From Rickettsia typhi (GTDB lineage Bacteria > Pseudomonadota > Alphaproteobacteria > Rickettsiales > UBA1997), in NCBI GenBank assembly GCA_945865905.1, contig CAMBFC010000001.1, forward strand, positions 174,127-238,126: a stretch of DNA of 64,000 nt. The letters are read 5' to 3'. Both the position numbers and the translations under genes were made by a program. Shown here piece after piece: positions 46,526 through 54,912 of this stretch. How positions within the stretch are numbered: position 1 is the first letter of the stretch; every line of letters begins with the position of its first letter. The notes under the pieces are model-generated. The model was given only the letters and a program-made list of their open reading frames with translations. It was not told where the DNA came from and made no database searches.

Positions 46526-47731
46526 ATGAAATATTTAAAAAATCTTTATATCCAAGTTTTAATCGCCATTTGCTTGGCAATAATTTTTGGCATATCTTTT
46601 CCTGAAAGCGCACAAAGCATGAAACCGCTTGGTGATTGCTTTATCAATCTTGTTAAAATGTGTATAGCACCAATAATTTTCTGCACTATCGTTAATGGCA
46701 TTGTTGGCGGTGCAAGCGCTGGCAGCATTGGTCGCGTTAGCATTAAATCCTTAATTTATTTTGAAGTTCTCACCACAATTGCTTTAATAATTGGCCTTGG
46801 AGTTGCCCTGCTGTTTAAACCGGGAAGCGGCATGAACATTGATCCTAGCACTATTGATGCCGCATCGGTTTCTGCTTATGTGCAGCCACATCTGAGCGCA
46901 GTTGATTTTATTTCCAACATCATTCCAACCACTATTTTCAAGGCTTTCACTGAGGATAACATTCTTTCAATTTTATTCATCGCCATAATTTTTGGCCTTG
47001 CATTATCTTCGCTGCGCGAACGCGGCAAACTAGTTGCCGCTGGTGTTAGAGAGCTATCACGAATCTTTTTCAAAATTATCAATATCATAATGTATCTGGC
47101 GCCAATCGGTGCATTTGGCGCAATGTCTTACACCATTGGCAAATATGGCGCCATCTCACTTTTTCCGCTGGCAAAATTAATGATTTCTTTTTACATCACC
47201 TGCTTTTTATTCATAATTATAATTTTAGGACTCGTGATGAAGCTTTGCGGCTCTTCGATTTTCAAACTTTTAAAGCATATCAAAGAAGAAATATTCATGA
47301 CGCTCGGCACCTCTTCATCAGAATCTGCCCTGCCAAATTTGATTGCCAAAATGGAAAAATTCGGCTGCAAAAAATCTATCGTCGGCATCGTGATACCAAG
47401 TGGTTATTCGTTTAATCTTGATGGCACTTGTATTTATTTTACGATGGCGATTTTATTTATTGCACAAGCTTTTAATATTGATCTTTCTTTGGCAGAAATT
47501 ATAAAGATAATGCTTGTGTTATTGTTAACTTCAAAAGGCGCCGCTGGCGTTACAGGAAGTGGGTTTATAACTTTGGCCGCAACTTTATCTGTGGTGCACG
47601 CGGTGCCAATGGTTGGCTTAGCATTGATTTTGGGAATCGATCGTTTTATGTCAGAAGCGCGCGCCGTTACTAATGTGATAGGCAATGCGGTTGCCACAGT
47701 TGCTATTTCGCACTGGGAAAGAAAAAAATAA
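46526..47731 (+). CDS. dctA: C4-dicarboxylate/amino acid:cation symporter
   Basis: Collinear with DctA (MKPLGD.F..LVKM.IAPIIFCT, GTSSSESALP, PSGYSFNLDGT, GIDRFMSEARA). Confidence 0.85.
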   Translation: MKYLKNLYIQVLIAICLAIIFGISFPESAQSMKPLGDCFINLVKMCIAPIIFCTIVNGIVGGASAGSIGRVSIKSLIYFEVLTTIALIIGLGVALLFKPGSGMNIDPSTIDAASVSAYVQPHLSAVDFISNIIPTTIFKAFTEDNILSILFIAIIFGLALSSLRERGKLVAAGVRELSRIFFKIINIIMYLAPIGAFGAMSYTIGKYGAISLFPLAKLMISFYITCFLFIIIILGLVMKLCGSSIFKLLKHIKEEIFMTLGTSSSESALPNLIAKMEKFGCKKSIVGIVIPSGYSFNLDGTCIYFTMAILFIAQAFNIDLSLAEIIKIMLVLLLTSKGAAGVTGSGFITLAATLSVVHAVPMVGLALILGIDRFMSEARAVTNVIGNAVATVAISHWERKK

Positions 47732-47733
47732 TT

Positions 47734-49134
47734 ATGGCTCTAGATGATCTTTTTGAAAAGCAAAAACGCATCTTCCCGCAATCGGTTAAAGGCCGATTTC
47801 GCAGATTAAAATGGCTGCTTAGCGCAATATTTTTATCAATCTATTGTTTTGCGCCCTTTTTGCGCTTTGATCGCGGCCCTTCTGCGCCAAATCAAGCAAT
47901 ATTAATCGACATTTCTAATTCACGGCTTTATTTTTTCTTCATCGAAATTTGGCCACAAGAAATTTATTATTTAGCAGGAATTTTAATTTTAGCCGCCGTA
48001 ATTTTATTTTTTATAACATCGTTGTTTGGCCGCGTCTGGTGCGGTTATGCTTGTTTTCAAACGGTATGGAATGATATTTTTTATGCGGTAGAAAAAATTT
48101 TTCAAGGCGATCGCAATGCGCGCATTTTGCTTGATCGCAAAAATTCTTTTGAAAAATTCTACAAAAAATTTCTCACTCACGCAGTGTGGATTTTAATTTC
48201 ACTAATCACTGGCATCACATTTGCTGGCTACTTCAACGATGCTTTTTTATTAACAAAAAATTTATTCAACGGACAAATCAGCCTAAATGTTTTATATTGG
48301 ATACTAGGAATCACCGTCTCAACCTACATCATGGCAGGCTTTGCGCGCGAACAAGTTTGCAACTTAATGTGCCCCTATGCACGATTTCAATCAGCAATGT
48401 TTGATCGCGATACTCTTATTATTAGTTATGATGAAAAACGCGGCGAACCTAGAGGCAAGCTCACCAAAGATGCAATCAGAACCAGCGGCGATTGCATCGA
48501 TTGCAAACAATGCGTCGTGGTTTGCCCACAAGGAATCGACATTCGCAACGGCCTGCAAATGGAATGTATCGCTTGCGGCCTTTGCGTTGACGCCTGCGAT
48601 GCAGTAATGGAAAAAATCGGATTGCCCAAAGGCCTTATCCGCTATGATACCGAGGCCAATCTTAAAGAACCAAATGCTAAAAATAAATTTCATATTTTAA
48701 AGCCGCGCACTTTTTATTACGCAACAATTTTACTCATAGTTAGTTTTGTTATGATTCATAGTTTGTCAACAAAACCAACACTAGAAATCAGCGCCATTCC
48801 TGATCGCAACCCACTTTTTGTTAAATTATCTGATGGATCAATTCGCAATGGTTATACGCTTAAAATTTCTAACAAAACTCACGGTGATAAAATTCTTTCC
48901 TTCAAATTATTAAAGCCGCAAGAAGCTGAGATAAAGGTGGAATCCTACGAAGGAGTAAGCGCAGATAACCTTCCTGTTAAAGCTGAAGAAGTGCGTGGAT
49001 TTAAAATTTATGTTTCACTGCCGCTTGAGTTTTTAGAAAAAGTTGCAGAAGAAAATATTTTTCTTGATGCTGTAGTGATTGATAGCTCTAGCCTTGAAGA
49101 ATATAAGGTTAGGATAGTTTTTGTGGGAAGGTGA
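47734..49134 (+). CDS. ccoG: Cytochrome c oxidase accessory protein CcoG/FixG (4Fe-4S)
   Basis: Ferredoxin clusters CIDCKQCVVVCP and CIACGLCVDACD, N-terminal TM segments and an Ig-like C-terminus. Confidence 0.85.
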   Translation: MALDDLFEKQKRIFPQSVKGRFRRLKWLLSAIFLSIYCFAPFLRFDRGPSAPNQAILIDISNSRLYFFFIEIWPQEIYYLAGILILAAVILFFITSLFGRVWCGYACFQTVWNDIFYAVEKIFQGDRNARILLDRKNSFEKFYKKFLTHAVWILISLITGITFAGYFNDAFLLTKNLFNGQISLNVLYWILGITVSTYIMAGFAREQVCNLMCPYARFQSAMFDRDTLIISYDEKRGEPRGKLTKDAIRTSGDCIDCKQCVVVCPQGIDIRNGLQMECIACGLCVDACDAVMEKIGLPKGLIRYDTEANLKEPNAKNKFHILKPRTFYYATILLIVSFVMIHSLSTKPTLEISAIPDRNPLFVKLSDGSIRNGYTLKISNKTHGDKILSFKLLKPQEAEIKVESYEGVSADNLPVKAEEVRGFKIYVSLPLEFLEKVAEENIFLDAVVIDSSSLEEYKVRIVFVGR

Positions 49135-49274
49135 TTTTTGGTTTAATGCGAAAAATCTTATAATAACTGAAGCGAAAGAAAAAGAATTACGACTTTTTCT
49201 TGATAGTTAAAAATTCTTAAAGCAATCTTATAACGAGTTACCACTCTTCAAAATTAAATTTACAATAATAGCAT

Positions 49275-49811
49275 ATGAAAAAAATACTTCTAGCCCTTAT
49301 TGGCGTTATCGCTTTAGTTCTATTAGTTGCAGCATTGATGCCAAAAGATTTTAAAATTGAAAAAGAAATTGTTATCAATAAACCGCAATCACAAGTATTT
49401 AATTATTTGAAAATGGTAAAAAATGGTAATGAATGGAATCCTTGGATGAAAAAAGATTTTAATAAAGGTCCAAATGATGTACAATCTTTTAAAGGTGAAG
49501 ATGGTGCCGTTGGTTTTGTAAATTCTTGGTCATCAGATGATAAAGAGCTCGGCGTTGGTGAAGAACAAATCACCGCTATCGTTCCAAATGAAAAAATCGA
49601 GTTAGAATTGCGTCTTATCAAGCCAGCAAAAGCAACGCATCATATCTCATTTACCACTGTATCAGTTGGTGAAAACCAAACTAAAGTTACTTGGACAATG
49701 ACTGGCAGAAACGACTTTCCTTTCAACATAGTTTGCTTTTTCATGCAAAAAGAAGCTAGCAAAAATTTTGTTACTGGTTTGACTGATTTGAAAGCGGCTT
49801 TAGAAAAATAG
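49275..49811 (+). CDS. SRPBCC (START/polyketide-cyclase-like) family protein with a signal anchor
   Basis: N-terminal hydrophobic segment followed by a ~150-aa domain whose layout is typical of the SRPBCC family. Confidence 0.55.
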   Translation: MKKILLALIGVIALVLLVAALMPKDFKIEKEIVINKPQSQVFNYLKMVKNGNEWNPWMKKDFNKGPNDVQSFKGEDGAVGFVNSWSSDDKELGVGEEQITAIVPNEKIELELRLIKPAKATHHISFTTVSVGENQTKVTWTMTGRNDFPFNIVCFFMQKEASKNFVTGLTDLKAALEK

Positions 49812-49898
49812 ATTTGTGATTAGAAGAAAAGCATCAAGGTCCTTTGCTTGCATGATATCGCGCCTAAAATAATAAGTTTGCACCACAGAAGAATCAGC

Positions 49899-50174
49899 CT
49901 AGAATCTATAATTCAACCCCGCCGTAGCAAGCTTAACAGTAAGATTAGAACTAACATCAAGCGGACTTGCCGTGCTCTCCTCTCCGGGGTTACTAGAAAC
50001 AACAAGACCTTTTGCGGTTATTTTGCCAAAATCCATATATGAATATTCGATAGCCAAACTCCAGTGCTTATCTAGAGCCAACTCAAAACCGCCCCCAACA
50101 ACAAAACCTTGTTGCCATTTTTGTTTAGAAGCCCTTTCGCTACCACCAACATAATCACTGTAGAAATTACTCAC
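49899..50174 (-). pseudogene. C-terminal remnant of a small porin (Omp25-like)
   Basis: Only the last ~90 aa are present (..GGGFELALDKHWSLAIEYSYMDFG...ATAGLNYRF). There is no signal peptide or N-terminal strands. It abuts the 5' end of the Ser/Thr-rich gene. Confidence 0.55.
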
Positions 50175-50264
50175 TTTGACATCTATTGCCGCTAAGCGGC
50201 AACTCGGGCTTTAACTACTGCTAGCTCTACTACGGCGAGTCCTACTACAGGGAGTCCTACTACG

Positions 50265-52016
50265 GTGAATGCTGATACTATTGCTACATTAGCTACTACA
50301 TTAGCAACTCAGATCACTGAAGCGGCAACTCAGGCTACTACGGCTAGTTCTGTTAGTGTGAGTTCTACTACGGTGAGTTCTAATACTATAAGCCCTACTA
50401 CTGCTGCAACTGCAGAACTAACTACAACTATAAGCCCAACCACCGCCAACAAAACAATCACAAACACCACTGGCGAACCCACTGCTCAAGAAACTCCAAA
50501 CAAACCAGCGTCATTCACACCAAAAATCGTTGGTGGTGCACTTGGAGCTGCCGCAGTTCTGATAGCAGGGGCAGCAGCTCTAGCAAAAAGAAGAAGAAAT
50601 CAAACAGGAAGCTATGGAATTGCTAGCTTTGACTTTTCTAATATAGCAAATAGTGAAAATGACCAAAACCCTGGAACACACACAACGATCAACATCGACA
50701 ATTTTTCGACATCAAATCTAGAAAATCTAGATTCGTTTCAGAGCAATTCTAGAACCAATCCCGCTACACCACCACCTATGCCCAGCTTCAGAGGCGCGCT
50801 ACCGTCAACAGTCACAAGAGTCATCGTGTCGCCAATGAGTAGCACAAATCCAACATCAGCGCATCTTCCAGAAACACCGCCAACGGCACAAGCAGCAAGT
50901 CCTAGTAGCAATAGAGTAGTGCGAGATGATACAATACCGCCGCTCACAAGAATGCAAACTGAACGCACTCAGACTCATCCAGCACCAAGAATAAATCAAC
51001 CACAAGCACATCTTCCACAAACGGCACCAGTAGTGGCAGCAGCATCTAAAAAAACTAGTCGCAATAAAGTAGCGCCAGAAAAAGAAATGCCGGGTAGAAC
51101 ATCACTCACAGTAATGCAAACCACTCAAACGCCGCCGCCACCAACAGTAAACAAATGGACAGAAGGCAGCGGAGAAGTAATCCAAAGGATTGTCGTTACT
51201 CCAGCACAGGCAACACAAGCAGCAGCGCAATTGCCAAGCGATGAAGAAATCAGAGAAGCGATAGAAGCCCTTGAAATACTTGCTAAAAAAATATCGGATT
51301 TAAAAACGATAACAAGATATTTAAATACAAGACACAAAACCGATACATTGTTAGATGCTGCACAAAAAATTTTGGGAGGAACGCCAAGGCCTCCTCAAGC
51401 ACTATCCCAACAACGAATCGAAGAAGATTTAAAGGATGTAGCCAACGCGATTTTTGAACATTCCGCTAGAGATATACAAGCTTTGAAAAAAGTAATAAAC
51501 TCAGGCTTGATAAAAGAAGACGAAAACTTGACAGCAAAAGAAGTCTTTACGCTGCTTGCGGTTCAAATGCAATCTTTGCAAGCAACAATAAATTCAAGCA
51601 TACATGATGAGAATGAAGGCGCTTTTGCAAACGCTTTTCGTGCCCTTGATAACAGCGCTATCAATATAGGTTCTTTGCAAAGAATAATAGCTACGAATAC
51701 AATAGTCAGAACTGAAGGAAGGGAAGAACAAGTTGTTGAAGATGTACGAACACTCCATCTAGCTATAGCTCCAGCCAAAGGCGGCATAAGAAGAGAGACT
51801 CCTTTATCAACAGCAAGGGGTCATCGCGCTATGGCAGCAGCACCCACAGAAACTCCACATCCGGATGATGGCGCTATGGCAGCGACACCAACTAGAAGAT
51901 ATGGACGAACTGCAACCGTTCATCCTGAAATGCAACCAGCTCAACAACAGCGTCCACCACAAAAATTCTCAGCCACACCTTTAGGCAAAGAAAGGCCAAA
52001 CACCCCAACGATCTAA
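50265..52016 (+). CDS. Orphan Ser/Thr-rich stalk, TM helix and Pro-rich tail protein (583 aa; GTG start assumed)
   Basis: Starts directly in the Thr/Ser-rich region. TM segment IVGGALGAAAVLIAGAAALA followed by KRRRNQ, then a long Pro/Gln/Thr-rich tail. The frame is open from 50196 and there is no ATG before 50265. Confidence 0.55.
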   Translation: MNADTIATLATTLATQITEAATQATTASSVSVSSTTVSSNTISPTTAATAELTTTISPTTANKTITNTTGEPTAQETPNKPASFTPKIVGGALGAAAVLIAGAAALAKRRRNQTGSYGIASFDFSNIANSENDQNPGTHTTINIDNFSTSNLENLDSFQSNSRTNPATPPPMPSFRGALPSTVTRVIVSPMSSTNPTSAHLPETPPTAQAASPSSNRVVRDDTIPPLTRMQTERTQTHPAPRINQPQAHLPQTAPVVAAASKKTSRNKVAPEKEMPGRTSLTVMQTTQTPPPPTVNKWTEGSGEVIQRIVVTPAQATQAAAQLPSDEEIREAIEALEILAKKISDLKTITRYLNTRHKTDTLLDAAQKILGGTPRPPQALSQQRIEEDLKDVANAIFEHSARDIQALKKVINSGLIKEDENLTAKEVFTLLAVQMQSLQATINSSIHDENEGAFANAFRALDNSAINIGSLQRIIATNTIVRTEGREEQVVEDVRTLHLAIAPAKGGIRRETPLSTARGHRAMAAAPTETPHPDDGAMAATPTRRYGRTATVHPEMQPAQQQRPPQKFSATPLGKERPNTPTI

Positions 52017-52109
52017 CGATCGCCCAAAAAATCTAACCAAACACAACCTACAATCTTGCAAATTAACGCAAAAGAGCCTATTTTTATTAACAACAAAGCT
52101 TAACCAATC

Positions 52110-52623
52110 TTGCAAAAACAGTTATCAACACTAACTAAAAAAACCAAACCACAAATTGCAATCTTTCAGCCACTTGAAGAAGGGCAAAAAATTCGCTTTA
52201 CAATTGAAGATGAAAATGTGTGGCTTGCTCAAAAGCTAATTGTCGAACTTTTTGAAGTTGATGTGCGCACGGTTAATGAGCATTTAATAAATATTTATGA
52301 TGAACAAGAATTAGAAGAAATCCCAACTATCCGGAATTTCTGGATAGTTCAAAAAGAAGGAAACAGAGAGGTTGAGCGCGATATTAAACACTACAACCTT
52401 TGCCGAGTTGCAGGCAAGCTCGGGCCGCTTGATGAAAATGCAAGATTGGATAAAAAAACTCGATGAATTTTTGACCATTTCCGATAAAAAACTTTTGCAT
52501 ACATCTGGCAAAATAAGCGCCAAAGAAGCAGAGGAAAAAGCCCTAGAAGAATTTGAAAAATTTCGCCAAAGACGAGATAAAAACTATATTTCAGATTTTG
52601 ACCGCGAGATAAAAAAATGTTAA
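52110..52623 (+). pseudogene. rhuM: rhuM-family gene with internal deletion and frameshift
   Basis: The N-terminal RhuM part (VWLAQKLIVELFEVDVRTVNEHLINIY...VQKEGNREVERDIKHYNL) is in one frame. The C-terminal part (AELQA..LMKMQDWIKKLDEFL...SGKISAKEAEEKALEEFEKFRQRRDKNYISDFDREIKK) is in another. The central ~200 aa are missing. Confidence 0.75.
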
Positions 52624-52706
52624 AAGATAAAAAACACACCGATTGATTCTTTTATAAAACCTTCCCCGCATCAAAGCATAGAAAATGCATAATTTATTTA
52701 AGCGCT

Positions 52707-52925
52707 CTAACCACAAATTCTATTCACTAATTTATGCACAATTGGTGCAACAAAAAAAGCGGTTGGAAATGCTACTAAAAAAGCTATTCCAAAAGACTTA
52801 AGCCATATCGCAAAAAAATTTTCAACAAAACCTAGATTGATCAAAATCATCGCCCCCGATATTATTGGAGCCATAGTCAAAGCCATAAAAAATGGAAAAA
52901 GAAATCGTGGAGTTTTTAGTTTCAT
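52707..52925 (-). CDS. DUF2798-family small membrane protein
   Basis: 72 aa with two hydrophobic helices. The pattern PFFMALTMAPIISGAMILINLGF..WLKSFGIAFLVAFP is typical of DUF2798. Confidence 0.55.
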   Translation of the reverse strand: MKLKTPRFLFPFFMALTMAPIISGAMILINLGFVENFFAIWLKSFGIAFLVAFPTAFFVAPIVHKLVNRICG

Positions 52926-52945
52926 AAATTTTATTTTTTATTGAG

Positions 52946-53629
52946 TTATTTAAGCAAACCTTTAGCACACTTATTCATCCCTACTCTGCCAACAATTGGC
53001 AGCTTTAACGCTGGATGCAAAAAATCAACACCAAAAGATAATCCGATCACATTAAATTCAATTCCTTCGCGCAAACCAAGTGTAAATCCCAACATTCCAT
53101 AAAGTGAGAACTGAACCCCTGTACGGGTTTCGGTAATACCAAAAAATCGCGCATTATGAATCCAATCTTTGCCAATCGCATTGCTTGGCAGCTCAACATC
53201 AAACCCAGAAACCGATCGCATAATATGTGAAATGAATGAATTGCTATTGGGGCCGGGATAGGCGCGGTAAAGATCGGGATAGGGATAAGATTTTACTGCC
53301 TCATAAATTTGCGGAATCATTTTTGCCGCTTTTTCTTTGCGTGCTAAAAAAATCAATGTGGGCTTGGCACCAAACCAATAGCGGTCTGGCAGATCTTTTT
53401 GAATTGTTACCATGCTATTGCCATAATATTTTCCCCACATCAAAACATGAAAAATTATATAGCTATCGGCATTTTTTTCTTTGGTTGCAATCCAACTATG
53501 AACGCTAAAATATCCGCGCCAAGCAAAAGCCTTTGCTGTATAAATTTGCACCTGCGCTTCTAGATCTTCATGCGGCAATGGCGCAATATTGGCGCTTTCT
53601 CGCGATGCGGTTTGCCAATCTAGAGCCAT
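52946..53629 (-). CDS. DUF3750-family protein
   Basis: WQTASRESANIAPLP..QVQIYTAKAFAWRGYFSVHSWIATK resembles DUF3750. Start taken at MALDWQ. Confidence 0.5.
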   Translation of the reverse strand: MALDWQTASRESANIAPLPHEDLEAQVQIYTAKAFAWRGYFSVHSWIATKEKNADSYIIFHVLMWGKYYGNSMVTIQKDLPDRYWFGAKPTLIFLARKEKAAKMIPQIYEAVKSYPYPDLYRAYPGPNSNSFISHIMRSVSGFDVELPSNAIGKDWIHNARFFGITETRTGVQFSLYGMLGFTLGLREGIEFNVIGLSFGVDFLHPALKLPIVGRVGMNKCAKGLLK

Positions 53630-53674
53630 TTGAAAATTTGATTTTTGTGTTATAAAATAAAAGACCAACCCATA

Positions 53675-54115
53675 CTACAACCCATCCTTAACCCATTTTC
53701 CATCAACCTTCTTATAAGCATTAACCTTCTTAAAATTCTTCGCAAATTTCTTCACTGCGACAGAATCTTGCGCTTCATAAAAATAAAAAATCCGCGCAAA
53801 GCTTGAAATAAAATCCTCAGACGCCTCAGCAACCAAAACCAAATAATCCGCCTCATTCACATTTTCTTCTTTATCCACCAAAAAAATCGGTTGGCGTTTC
53901 CAGCCAAATTCCGCCACATCCTTATCTGCTAAAGTTGCGTGAGCGACAAATTTATATTTGCCATAAGACCAAAGTGAATCATCAATTTCTTTAAATTTTT
54001 TGGCATCAGAACAAAGAATTAACGCTTTCTTCTTCTCATCCGTTATTTTAATTAATAGCGGCGCGAGTGCCTTGGTTATTACATCGTCAATTTGGTAAAA
54101 ATTTATTTCAGTCAT
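53675..54115 (-). CDS. holC: DNA polymerase III chi subunit
   Basis: MTEINFYQIDD...KALILC...LWSYGKYKFVAHA matches the HolC layout. The track ORF (to 54199) runs into repeat copy C. Confidence 0.75.
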   Translation of the reverse strand: MTEINFYQIDDVITKALAPLLIKITDEKKKALILCSDAKKFKEIDDSLWSYGKYKFVAHATLADKDVAEFGWKRQPIFLVDKEENVNEADYLVLVAEASEDFISSFARIFYFYEAQDSVAVKKFAKNFKKVNAYKKVDGKWVKDGL

Positions 54116-54143
54116 AAAAATAAGATGCAAATATATAAAATTT

Positions 54144-54291
54144 AAAAAATAAAGAGAAAGCCTAGGTTGGAGAAAGAGGGTCTGAGGCGAGTTCTGCAAA
54201 TATCGCGAGCTACGCTCGCTTTAAATCAGATAGTTGCGGTGTCTGAGCAGCAAACCCTCTTTCTCCAACCTAGGCTTTCTCTTTATTTTTT
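54144..54291 (+). repeat. Nested palindromic element, copy C (core 54185..54250), divergent with compensated stems
   Basis: 38-bp arms AAAAAATAAAGAGAAAGCCTAGGTTGGAGAAAGAGGGT and its reverse complement. The conserved blocks AGGCGAGTTC, TTTAAATCA and TGTCTGAGCAG are retained. The inner stems are changed but still complementary. The right arm overlaps the rppH 3' end. Confidence 0.85.
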
Positions 54292-54794
54292 AAAAACTCA
54301 GCAAAATCATTAATAACATCTTCATAAAGTTCTCGTTTAAACGAAACAATATGACTAACAATTTCTGCTAACGAAACCCATTTCCACTCCGAAAATTCAG
54401 GATCTTCAGTGGCAATATTAATCGCAGAATCATCACCAACAAACTCAATTAAATACCAGCGTTGTTTTTGCCCCAAATATTTGCCACCCCAAAATTTTTT
54501 CTGCAATTTATAAGGCAAATTATAATAATAGTGGCCGAGGCTTTTGCTGATTACTTTGACATGATTTGAACTGATGCCAGTTTCTTCTTTTAGCTCGCGC
54601 AACATTGCATCATCTTCTTGCTCATTAACATCGATCCCACCTTGCGGCATCTGCCATGCATCCGAATTATTATCAATTCTTTTTCCAACAAAAATTTGTT
54701 TTTGCGCGTTAATTATCATGATTCCAACGCCGCTGCGATAGAGATAATCTGGCTTGGTACTGTTTTGATCTTTGATAGAATCGCTTATTTGCAT
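54270..54794 (-). CDS. rppH: RNA pyrophosphohydrolase (Nudix)
   Basis: Nudix box GGIDVNEQEDDAMLRELKEETG and RppH/NudH-like flanks (WQMPQGG, QKQRWYL). Confidence 0.9.
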   Translation of the reverse strand: MQISDSIKDQNSTKPDYLYRSGVGIMIINAQKQIFVGKRIDNNSDAWQMPQGGIDVNEQEDDAMLRELKEETGISSNHVKVISKSLGHYYYNLPYKLQKKFWGGKYLGQKQRWYLIEFVGDDSAINIATEDPEFSEWKWVSLAEIVSHIVSFKRELYEDVINDFAEFLKNKEKA

Positions 54795-54912
54795 TTTTTA
54801 ATTTTTGACTGTCTGAAATTTTAAATTATAATCTACAAGGATAAATTATTTAATTCAAACTTATAGCTCAATTTAGGCAAAATATTTGTGAACAAGATCT
54901 AAATTATAAAAA

